The notes beneath the pieces were generated by a model. The model ran no database searches. It saw only the letters and a program-made list of their open reading frames with translations, and was not told the origin of the DNA. A stretch of DNA of 64,000 nucleotides from a virus (taxonomy: Duplodnaviria > Caudoviricetes), in IMG/VR virus record IMGVR_UViG_3300002220_000301, positions 4,324-68,323 of that record; one strand, given 5' to 3'. How positions within the stretch are numbered: the first letter of the stretch is position 1; every line of letters begins with the position of its first letter. Shown one piece after another: positions 36,736 to 45,326 of this stretch. The translations under genes were made by a program, and so were the position numbers.

Positions 36736-38229
36736 ATGACTCAGACATTTACAAAAGACCTCAGCTCGCAAGTCGACTTTGCATTTGACTGGTCTGCATG
36801 GGCAGACATCGCAAGTTACACAATAACAGCCGACGAAGGCATTACTGTTTTGGCAAGCTCAGAAACAGACAATGTTGTAAGTGTCCTTGTCTCTGGCGGT
36901 GCCGTCGGGGAGGTATACGATATAACTTGTGAGATTACAACAGTTGATGCTCCGACTCAGCCGGAATCGCAAGTGATACATATTTACGTAATTGCCGACC
37001 CCATCATCGAAGAGTCAGCTGATTACGTAACTGGCTTTCCTGTTGTCCAAACAAAAACCCTTTTAAGCATAGACAGGTACGCTGAAATCATGGGCATCAA
37101 TCCAGTGTTCTTTAATCAGGGCGCACAGATAAATCTGCCAGACGGCTCTGTGCTTTTTCCGCATGGTGCTGGCGCGCCAAATGTTGAAGTGACTTGGCAG
37201 CAGCACTCGTGGGACTTGAGAAACAACGTAAGTCGAGAAGAGCTTGCGTACGAAATAAGCAGAGCCGAATACGAGGTTTCTCAATTTCTTGGTTACTGGC
37301 CTGCGCCTACATGGACAGAAGAGGAACTTGTTGACTTGCCAGACCATTACGACCCACTTGCTGGAAAGGCGATGTACGATGTTCGCGGAAGCAGGTCGGC
37401 GGTTCGTATACGAAAGCGCAAATTTATCGCAGGTGGAAGGCGCGCGGTTTCATTCGCGGCTAATGCCTGTGTTCAATATGTGGACTTGGACGGAGACGGA
37501 TGGACAGAAACGGCGCGCGTCGTTATCAACACAGGCATAACTGGTTTCAACAAACACGAATACAAAGTCTATTTCGACGGCAATCATGGAGAGCAAATTT
37601 ACGAGATAAGACCGCCAAAAAGAAAATACGTCAATGGCTCGATGCTCACAATAGAGTTTGATGCATGGAAATTTATCAAGCCAGAGATTAAGCACGCGAA
37701 CATAAGCAACGACCTCAATAGTATTAATATTGATATAAGTAATAGCAACAATCTTGTTGATGTTGTTGATGTTTACAGAGAATATAATGACACATCTCAA
37801 GTAAGTGCTTTATTTATTTACAGCGATGGAACTGAGCAGAATGGATACATGTCTCTCAAAAATGCGCGCGCAGATTTTGTCACAGTGACGCCATTAGATG
37901 AAGTGTACTGCGGAACACCGCAGTTTGTAAAGTTATGGTATTACAGCGGGAACAAGTGCCAGGAATACGACAATGGATTTGGTGACTACCTTGACCCAAC
38001 GCTCGCGCGGGCTATTTCATTTATTGCAACGGCACGCCTCGGAAGACCACTTGCTGGAAATACGAAAGTCTATGCGCACACACTCATGCTCCAAGGCGAC
38101 ATGAGTGTCTCTGGGGCGGACAAATCATATCGCATGTTTCATGATATTATTTACGACAATCCATTTGGAACAAGGTATGGTGAGCTTCTCGCGTACAAGA
38201 GTCTTGTTCAGTTCGATAAAAGGTTATAA
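36736..38229 (+). CDS. Head-tail adaptor-like protein with N-terminal Ig-like domain
   Basis: Starts TKDLSSQVDFAFDWS; position between lysin and tail genes. Confidence 0.55.
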   Translation: MTQTFTKDLSSQVDFAFDWSAWADIASYTITADEGITVLASSETDNVVSVLVSGGAVGEVYDITCEITTVDAPTQPESQVIHIYVIADPIIEESADYVTGFPVVQTKTLLSIDRYAEIMGINPVFFNQGAQINLPDGSVLFPHGAGAPNVEVTWQQHSWDLRNNVSREELAYEISRAEYEVSQFLGYWPAPTWTEEELVDLPDHYDPLAGKAMYDVRGSRSAVRIRKRKFIAGGRRAVSFAANACVQYVDLDGDGWTETARVVINTGITGFNKHEYKVYFDGNHGEQIYEIRPPKRKYVNGSMLTIEFDAWKFIKPEIKHANISNDLNSINIDISNSNNLVDVVDVYREYNDTSQVSALFIYSDGTEQNGYMSLKNARADFVTVTPLDEVYCGTPQFVKLWYYSGNKCQEYDNGFGDYLDPTLARAISFIATARLGRPLAGNTKVYAHTLMLQGDMSVSGADKSYRMFHDIIYDNPFGTRYGELLAYKSLVQFDKRL

Positions 38230-38256
38230 AAACACGTACGACATGGAGTATAATAA

Positions 38257-38547
38257 ATGAAGTTGGTAGAATACACTGACGAAGACGGAAAGCAGCAAAT
38301 CAGTATCGTAAGAGACGCTGGAACAGATGAGCTGTCTGCAGGAATAAGAATCGAGCCGCCACCTTTAGATGACATTCTTGACGAAGCCAAAGTAGAGCTG
38401 CACAACGAACTTGTCAAGCGAAAACTTTTTACTTATCTGGAGTTTCAAAAAAGGCCAGATGAATTAGGCGCAGCTGTAAACAAGGTCGTGACACAAAAGA
38501 TTGTGGCCCGTCTGAGACTAATAGAAAAACAAAAGAATAAGGAGTAA
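38257..38547 (+). CDS. Hypothetical protein
   Basis: 96 aa in tail operon. Confidence 0.7.
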   Translation: MKLVEYTDEDGKQQISIVRDAGTDELSAGIRIEPPPLDDILDEAKVELHNELVKRKLFTYLEFQKRPDELGAAVNKVVTQKIVARLRLIEKQKNKE

Positions 38548-38552
38548 ATGGT

Positions 38553-40076
38553 ATGAAATCCATGAGCAACGTTTATGTTCCTGCTAAGACTGGGAACGCG
38601 CGCATCTTTATCATTCAGAATAGAGCTCGCGCTGACCACGACCTTCAATACGCATCTTACGCGAAATTGACGGGCGTAAGCAGAACACATGGCGAAATTA
38701 CGCCAGTAGAGATTCCAGACCCAGACAACTACGACAAGTATCTGGAAGTCGACGAGATCAGCGGCCAAGATTCTCGTTACACCGCGACAATCATCGCAAA
38801 GTTCCCATCAAATATTCGCTCGCTTTTACAGTATCTCGAGCGATGCAAGGAGCCGTTTGACATTCGGCTTCAGTTCGGCGACTGTGAAAACCCGAGTGAT
38901 TCAACTACTTTCGCGAAAGGCGAAATTCTCGAGCATGTTCGGGTCACGGGCTACAGCACCGACGACCTTGGCGCGCTCCAGAGTGATGAAAGCGCAGAAA
39001 TTCGCGAGACACTAAGCATTTCGTTCAGAAACTTTTATGACTTCGTGCGCATGTCATATTTCAGCAAGGCATCTTCGCTGTTGACAGCCGAAGTAAATGA
39101 TGTCTTTGTGAGACAGTCATCCCGCTGCTTTGGCGCGAGCTGCTCTTGCAATCTCGTATTTGCTGTAACCGCCGCCGCTGGCGGAAGTCCTGGAACTCCG
39201 CCCGATTTAGTGTTTAGCGTTGATGGCGGAAATACCTGGTACGCTCGGGACATTGACACATTGCTGACTACGGAAGCAGCCAATGGCATTGCTGATGTTG
39301 GGGACTATCTCGTGATTATATCCAATGATGCTGGCTCCATCAGCTACGCAGACATCTCGCCGTTCTACTATCCAGAGGACGCAAGCTTCAGTCCGGAGTT
39401 CACGGAGACTACCAATGGCTTCGTGGAAGCGCCTAACGCAATCCGCTCAACTGGCGTGAAAGCATTCATCGCTGCTGACGGAGGGTACATTTACATGACT
39501 GACGCGCCTGCATCTGGCGTAACGGTTCTCGATGCCGGAGTCGCAACATCCGAAGACCTGCTCGCGATAGCTGTTTACAGCGGCACCCATGTCGTGGCTG
39601 TTGGAAAAAACGGCGCTATTGTTTACTCTGTAAACGGCGAAAGTTTCAACGCTTCGCCGACTACACCAGTGTCATCTGGCACCGATATTACAGCGGTCGC
39701 CATGCGCGTTTCTGGAGAATGGCTTATTGGTACCTCTGACGGAAAGATGTACATCACATACGATTCCGGGCGCCACTGGACTCAAATTTATCTGCCTGGC
39801 GCGACGCCATCTGCAATTAAAGATGTTGTGTGGCAAGGTGAAAGTGTTGGGTACGTCTCGGCCGTCGTGAATGGCACTGGGCGTATCTATCGCACTCTTG
39901 ACGCTGGTCGCACCTGGATGATCGAGCCAGCAACATCTGCTGGGTCGATGCCAACCGCTGTGCGGTTCAACAAGCTCGGCGTCTGCAAACTGGACGCAAA
40001 CCAAGTGTTCATTGTTGGCGCCGTCAGTGAAGGCGGTACCGGCATTGTGGTGGCAGGCTCTGACGCTGCTGCGTAA
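38553..40076 (+). CDS. Major tail (tube) protein with C-terminal BNR/Asp-box beta-propeller
   Basis: Immediately upstream of chaperone and tape measure; SVDGGNTW, TYDSGRHW, TLDAGRTW repeats; strong codon bias. Confidence 0.6.
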   Translation: MKSMSNVYVPAKTGNARIFIIQNRARADHDLQYASYAKLTGVSRTHGEITPVEIPDPDNYDKYLEVDEISGQDSRYTATIIAKFPSNIRSLLQYLERCKEPFDIRLQFGDCENPSDSTTFAKGEILEHVRVTGYSTDDLGALQSDESAEIRETLSISFRNFYDFVRMSYFSKASSLLTAEVNDVFVRQSSRCFGASCSCNLVFAVTAAAGGSPGTPPDLVFSVDGGNTWYARDIDTLLTTEAANGIADVGDYLVIISNDAGSISYADISPFYYPEDASFSPEFTETTNGFVEAPNAIRSTGVKAFIAADGGYIYMTDAPASGVTVLDAGVATSEDLLAIAVYSGTHVVAVGKNGAIVYSVNGESFNASPTTPVSSGTDITAVAMRVSGEWLIGTSDGKMYITYDSGRHWTQIYLPGATPSAIKDVVWQGESVGYVSAVVNGTGRIYRTLDAGRTWMIEPATSAGSMPTAVRFNKLGVCKLDANQVFIVGAVSEGGTGIVVAGSDAAA

Positions 40077-40122
40077 ATAAAATAAAATAAAATAAAACAT
40101 TTCTTTCTAACTGGAGGAGAAT

Positions 40123-40725
40123 ATGTCTGAAAACAATAACAGAGAAAAAAGTTCTGAAAAGCGTGCGGCTGGCATTGCCCAAAGCGCTTCCAGCCGCACG
40201 ACTGACCTTAACACGGTTAAGGTCTCTACCGGCGTAGTCTTTGGCGTTAAGCCAGTTCCGCAGTTTACCATGAGCGACATTCGACGCGAGTTCAAAGAAC
40301 CGCAGGTTCCAACATGGTACAACAAAGATACTGGGCGCAAAGAACCAAACCCTGATGACCCAAAGTACAAAAAAGAATACAACGACTACATCGTAGGTCT
40401 GTCAATGGCGGTCATAGACGTGATGATTCTTATGGGAACATTTGTTAAAAGTGTTCCAAAAGATTTCCCCGCCCCAGACAGCGAAGCATGGTCAAATGAA
40501 CTTCGCGCAATTCTGCGAGCTCGCGGATGGAGCAGAGATGAAATCAGTGAACTGAGCCAGGAAGAGCGCTATGTGTTTTGGGTCAAATATCGCGCCGCGG
40601 CTGGAGGCGCGTACGAATCCGGAGAAGGCGACATCAACCAATTGACCCTTGCGATTGGGAGACTGTCGGGCGTAGCCGAAGAGGACGTCAAAGACGCTGC
40701 CGACAACTTTCGGGATTCTGATTGA
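40123..40725 (+). CDS. Tail assembly chaperone (G)
   Basis: Position between tail tube and tape measure; ends NFRDSD*. Confidence 0.75.
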   Translation: MSENNNREKSSEKRAAGIAQSASSRTTDLNTVKVSTGVVFGVKPVPQFTMSDIRREFKEPQVPTWYNKDTGRKEPNPDDPKYKKEYNDYIVGLSMAVIDVMILMGTFVKSVPKDFPAPDSEAWSNELRAILRARGWSRDEISELSQEERYVFWVKYRAAAGGAYESGEGDINQLTLAIGRLSGVAEEDVKDAADNFRDSD

Positions 40726-40960
40726 CGGAATACCGGCGCATGAGATTGGCGCGAGTGACGATGACACAATAGACATAAGGGTCATCCATCCAACCGCATC
40801 TCTTGGATGGGTATCATCGTACACTGAGCACGATGCAAGGTCGAAGGCTGGGTACACTATTCCTGAGTGGGCGGCATTGTCGCCATTCGACAGAGCCAAA
40901 GAGGTCGCGCTGTATCGCATCTCTGCGTCACTTAACTACGTCAAGACAAAGGCGGCATAA
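40709..40960 (+). CDS. Frameshift extension of tail assembly chaperone (GT), +1 frame
   Basis: 83-codon open frame with no start codon, entered at TTT CGG (40708-40713); FGILIDGIPAHE...EWAALSPFDRAKEVALYR; stops 12 nt before tape measure. Confidence 0.75.
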   Translation, partial: FGILIDGIPAHEIGASDDDTIDIRVIHPTASLGWVSSYTEHDARSKAGYTIPEWAALSPFDRAKEVALYRISASLNYVKTKAA

Positions 40961-40972
40961 GGAGTATCGGCA

Positions 40973-43900
40973 ATGGCATTTGACACACTCGGAGTAAATG
41001 TAGTAGCAAGCGGCATCAGAGGGGTAGCGAATGATATCGGGCATCTTGCGCTTTCCTTTCTTAGATACATACGAGCAGTAGAGCAGGCTGACAGGGCATC
41101 GCTCAAGGCCGCCGCGTCTCAGTCTAAACTTGCCGACACAATGGCTGGCAAGGCGCAAAGGAATGTCGCCAATCTTGAGCGTAAATACGGAACACTTACA
41201 TTAAAGGCACGCACACTCGAAGCAACGATTCAGGCGCTTAATCTGACAATGCGCGATCCTGCGGTTGCGCTTTCAAACTACGACGCAGCAGTGAAGGAGG
41301 TGCAAAAATACGAGCAAGCGATTAAAAATCTCGAGGCAACTGCTCGCAGGCGAAAGGACGGCGAGATGTATGTCGTAGATGCCAGAAAACTTGCGCCAAT
41401 ACTCGCTGAACTTAGAAAAAAACTTAACGAGGCCAATTTAGAGCTTCAGAAACAATCTAAAAACTACGCCGCTTCTATAAAAGAGCAGGCAAAATACACA
41501 AACTCGACGCAGCAGCTTGCGCAAACAAACGAAGACCTTGTCGACACCGAAGAGGCCATTGCGGACGCAATAAAGAATTCGAGCAATGCGACCGAAGATG
41601 CTATCGCAAAGAAGCAGGCCTACAACAACCTTGTCGAACAGGCGTCGCAGCAAACCGGAATCTTTGGGCAGATGCTCAGCACGCTGACGGGCGGTTTTGG
41701 ACAGGCAACTGTTAGTAGTGGGCTTTTTTCGTCCATACTTGGGCAAACGACAACCGCAAGCACAAAACTTGCTGGCGGACTTACGCAGACCGCTGCGGGC
41801 GGAGCCGCGCTCAATGCTGGTCTTGCAGTCACCGCACCGCAGCTTGCGCTTGTCATGGTGGCAATGGACGCGTTCAAGCTCGGACTAAGAGCCGTTACTG
41901 CAGTAGCCAAGGCAGTTGTAAGTGCGGTAAATTTGCTATGGAATGCGCTCAAAAAACTCGTGAGCATTGCGTGGGATGCAGCAAAAGCCATTGGAAAAAC
42001 TTTGTGGAGCGCCCTTACAAAAATAGCGTCCGCTCCGTTTAAGGTCATATCAGGGCTATTCGGCAACATGGGCGGCTCCATGCAGCGCGTCATGGAAATG
42101 GCAGTAGGAATGAACTTAAGCCGCGTCTGGTGGCAGCTCGGCATGAAAATGCGCGACATGGCAAAAAGCGCGGCGGAGTCAGCAACCGAATATCAGGTAA
42201 CATTTAACAGACTTCGAACATTAATGCTTAACGAGATTGTCGGAACTGAATACGGCGGAACGACAACAATTGAACAGCACGAAGAAGCGCTCAAAAAGGC
42301 TACGCTCGCAACCCAGGAGCTTGTCAAGTGGACAAGCATGTTAGCCGTATCAACTATTTACGACGCGGAAGACATTCTTAATGTATACACGCTCGCAATG
42401 TCTTACGGGTTCGCATCAACTCAAGCGGAGAAACTCACCGAATCCGTGCTCGACTTCGCGACGGGTATGGGGCTCGGCGACGTCGAAATGAAACGAATCA
42501 TCGAAAACTTCGGGCAGATGAGAGCACAAGGAAAGATTACCGGAACAGAATTGCGCGACTTGGCGCGCGGCTCGTTCGTTCCGGTAAACGAAGTGCTCGA
42601 GCAAATGGCTAAAAACGCAGGCCTTATTGGCGACTACGACATTCCTAACATGCAGGCCATTAATGCGGTACTTCAGGACATGGCAGATAATGGAGAGCTC
42701 ACCGCAGACTCGTTTGCAGCAATAAACACACAGCTCTCAAAGCTTGGGGCGGACGGGAAAATAACCAGACAGGAGTTCGAGGGACTTGTTCAGGAGTTTT
42801 CAAAAGGCGATGTGATGCAAAGGTTTGGGCTCACCGCAGAACAGGCTGGAAAAGCACTCGAAGGCATCAAGACTGGACAGCTTACAGAAGAACTTAATCA
42901 CCTTATAGCAACCGGCAAGCTTACCATCGACGAGTTCTTCGATGCATTTATTGAAATGGCTGAGAACAAATACCCGAATGCCGCGCTGTCTATGGGCGTC
43001 ACGATGAAAGCTGTGAAGTCTAATATTCAAGACTATATAGCGACCATGATAGGCTGGCGTCTAATAGCCCCAGTTTTTGAGGTAGTTGCAAAGCACGTGC
43101 AGGGCTTTATTCAGAATACACTTATGAGCGAAAAGCAAATTGCCATGTTCGACAGAATGGGCAAGGCGTTCAAAGTCGTTACAGACCTGGTGCTCACGTA
43201 TTCAACTGCAATGCTTAACGCGCGTAAAGTCTCTGGAACATTTTTTGGGTCTGGACCACTATCTCAACTTAGGCGATTTACAAACGAGCTACTCAGCATG
43301 GTCGGCGCGCTTGGGACAGAAGACTTCGGCAAAAGATTTGCGGACTTTCCGTTTATTTTAAAGAGCATTGGACTGTCATTTGGCTCAAGAGACCTTGTAC
43401 TTGGCGGAATAGAGAGCCTTAATGACATAATGACTGACATTATGAAGGGCGTCGATGTAGACCCAGAAGCGCTCAAGCAGTCGCTTGACGATGTGTTTGG
43501 AACGCTTTGGAAAGACTTTTTTGGACCTACGATAAAAGATGCGATTGACCTCGCATGGTCTGATTATATAGCTCCAGCAATAGACAAGCTCTGGAAAAAA
43601 ATGAAAGACAAATTCGGCAAATGGAAAACCGAAGAACTTATTCCTGGAATTAAAACATTTTTTGGCGAGACACTTCCTGGCTGGATATCCACATTTGGAA
43701 CATGGATAGAGGACAATGGGCCAAAAATTGTTGCCGACCTCGCCGGATTTGTCACGGACATTTTAAATACATTTGCAGGAGTTTCCGCGGACACATTTGG
43801 CGAAGATCACTGGCTTACAAGGCTCATAGAGCTCCTGTCCACGCTCGCAACTTACGCTGGAGTTAAGGTTGCCGACCCGACAAGCGAACTTGATAAAGAA

Positions 43901-45325
43901 GCACTCGAGGATGTAACTGAAGCATTCGACAATTTTGTTACATCTGTCGGGACTGCAATTGGGCAAATCGACAAAGTTAGAATTGCGATCGGCAAGTTCG
44001 CAGACGAAGACACCGCTACTGGCCTTGCGCACTTCACGACATTTGCAGGTATATACGGAGATATGTTGTCAATAGTCGGAGATACAGGCGCAGCAATTGG
44101 CTTAAGTATACTTAAGATAGCAGAGGGACTTAGCGCAATGGCTGGCGGGTCGGAAGGAATAAGCGTTCTTGAAAGACTTGGCGCAGCCATCGCGTATATT
44201 GTATTTTTGCCTGTTCAAAAACTTTTAGAAGTGTTGGACTTCGTACAAAAAATAGTTGCTTGGGTATACGCGTTCGGAATAGTGGCTAACAGCGGCGGCA
44301 CAGATGGCATTGCCGACTTCTTCAAAACTGTCAGCGATGTTGCTGGCACAATGATTGACGCCACTCCGCTGACAAAGTCCCTCGACAGCATCGCGGAGTC
44401 AATGAAAAACTTCGCCAATATAGTCGCAGGAGAGGATGTGTACAATGCTGCAGAAAAGGCCCGCGATTTTCTAAATAAAATCAGAGGGTTTTTGGGAATG
44501 GAGCTGCTCGAAGGAGAGCCGACTGAGATTGAAGTTCCACTGGAACCGAAGCCGACGCTCCCAGAAGACACTGGTATAAATTTCAGAACCGCAGTACAAG
44601 GCGCTGTAGCCGAGGCTGGCACTGGCGATGTAGACCCAACAGAGATGGCAGTGCCAGTCCATACTACGCTTTCGGAAATCACGCTTGGAAATGGCAAAGA
44701 GCCATTTACCATGGACTCACTGTTCACAAACATATTAGACAATGCAAATCTTGACACCTCTCTTGCTCCGATAAACATCCCAATGCCGACTATTAACATA
44801 GAGGGAGATTTTACAGCGTACGGAGAGTCGCTCGGAAAAGACCTCGTGGCCGGCTTTTCAACTGGAATAACGGCAGACATGGCACTGGTTGAGATACCGC
44901 TTCCTGCGACCCCCGAGACGAAGAGTATTGGCGAGGCTCTTATTCAGGGTATAATCAATGGCATCAACCAAAAACTTCCAAGCGCTATAAGTGCGGCGCA
45001 GGCCGCGGCTCAAGCAATTGCCAATGCAATGTCGCAACTTTGGAGAATAGAATCGCCGTCAAAACTGTTCATGGGATTTGGCGCCAACCTCATGAAAGGA
45101 CTTGAGCAAGGCATCGCAGGTGGAACGGAGGGGGCGATGGCGGTCGCAAGAGATGCTGCCACTGATATCAAACAGGGGGTTGGCGCTATTACAAATAGCA
45201 ACAACAGAAGTTATGTAAACACTACGAATACGAGTGTCAACAATTGGAACATAAAAATGAGTACGCCAATTATCGCGTCGACTCAACTTCAGGCATACGA
45301 AATACTAAGAATGCGAGCAGCATAA
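40973..45325 (+). CDS. Tape measure protein
   Basis: 1450 aa, Ala-rich helical, tape-measure-type central region. Confidence 0.92.
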   Translation: MAFDTLGVNVVASGIRGVANDIGHLALSFLRYIRAVEQADRASLKAAASQSKLADTMAGKAQRNVANLERKYGTLTLKARTLEATIQALNLTMRDPAVALSNYDAAVKEVQKYEQAIKNLEATARRRKDGEMYVVDARKLAPILAELRKKLNEANLELQKQSKNYAASIKEQAKYTNSTQQLAQTNEDLVDTEEAIADAIKNSSNATEDAIAKKQAYNNLVEQASQQTGIFGQMLSTLTGGFGQATVSSGLFSSILGQTTTASTKLAGGLTQTAAGGAALNAGLAVTAPQLALVMVAMDAFKLGLRAVTAVAKAVVSAVNLLWNALKKLVSIAWDAAKAIGKTLWSALTKIASAPFKVISGLFGNMGGSMQRVMEMAVGMNLSRVWWQLGMKMRDMAKSAAESATEYQVTFNRLRTLMLNEIVGTEYGGTTTIEQHEEALKKATLATQELVKWTSMLAVSTIYDAEDILNVYTLAMSYGFASTQAEKLTESVLDFATGMGLGDVEMKRIIENFGQMRAQGKITGTELRDLARGSFVPVNEVLEQMAKNAGLIGDYDIPNMQAINAVLQDMADNGELTADSFAAINTQLSKLGADGKITRQEFEGLVQEFSKGDVMQRFGLTAEQAGKALEGIKTGQLTEELNHLIATGKLTIDEFFDAFIEMAENKYPNAALSMGVTMKAVKSNIQDYIATMIGWRLIAPVFEVVAKHVQGFIQNTLMSEKQIAMFDRMGKAFKVVTDLVLTYSTAMLNARKVSGTFFGSGPLSQLRRFTNELLSMVGALGTEDFGKRFADFPFILKSIGLSFGSRDLVLGGIESLNDIMTDIMKGVDVDPEALKQSLDDVFGTLWKDFFGPTIKDAIDLAWSDYIAPAIDKLWKKMKDKFGKWKTEELIPGIKTFFGETLPGWISTFGTWIEDNGPKIVADLAGFVTDILNTFAGVSADTFGEDHWLTRLIELLSTLATYAGVKVADPTSELDKEALEDVTEAFDNFVTSVGTAIGQIDKVRIAIGKFADEDTATGLAHFTTFAGIYGDMLSIVGDTGAAIGLSILKIAEGLSAMAGGSEGISVLERLGAAIAYIVFLPVQKLLEVLDFVQKIVAWVYAFGIVANSGGTDGIADFFKTVSDVAGTMIDATPLTKSLDSIAESMKNFANIVAGEDVYNAAEKARDFLNKIRGFLGMELLEGEPTEIEVPLEPKPTLPEDTGINFRTAVQGAVAEAGTGDVDPTEMAVPVHTTLSEITLGNGKEPFTMDSLFTNILDNANLDTSLAPINIPMPTINIEGDFTAYGESLGKDLVAGFSTGITADMALVEIPLPATPETKSIGEALIQGIINGINQKLPSAISAAQAAAQAIANAMSQLWRIESPSKLFMGFGANLMKGLEQGIAGGTEGAMAVARDAATDIKQGVGAITNSNNRSYVNTTNTSVNNWNIKMSTPIIASTQLQAYEILRMRAA

Positions 45326-45326
45326 C

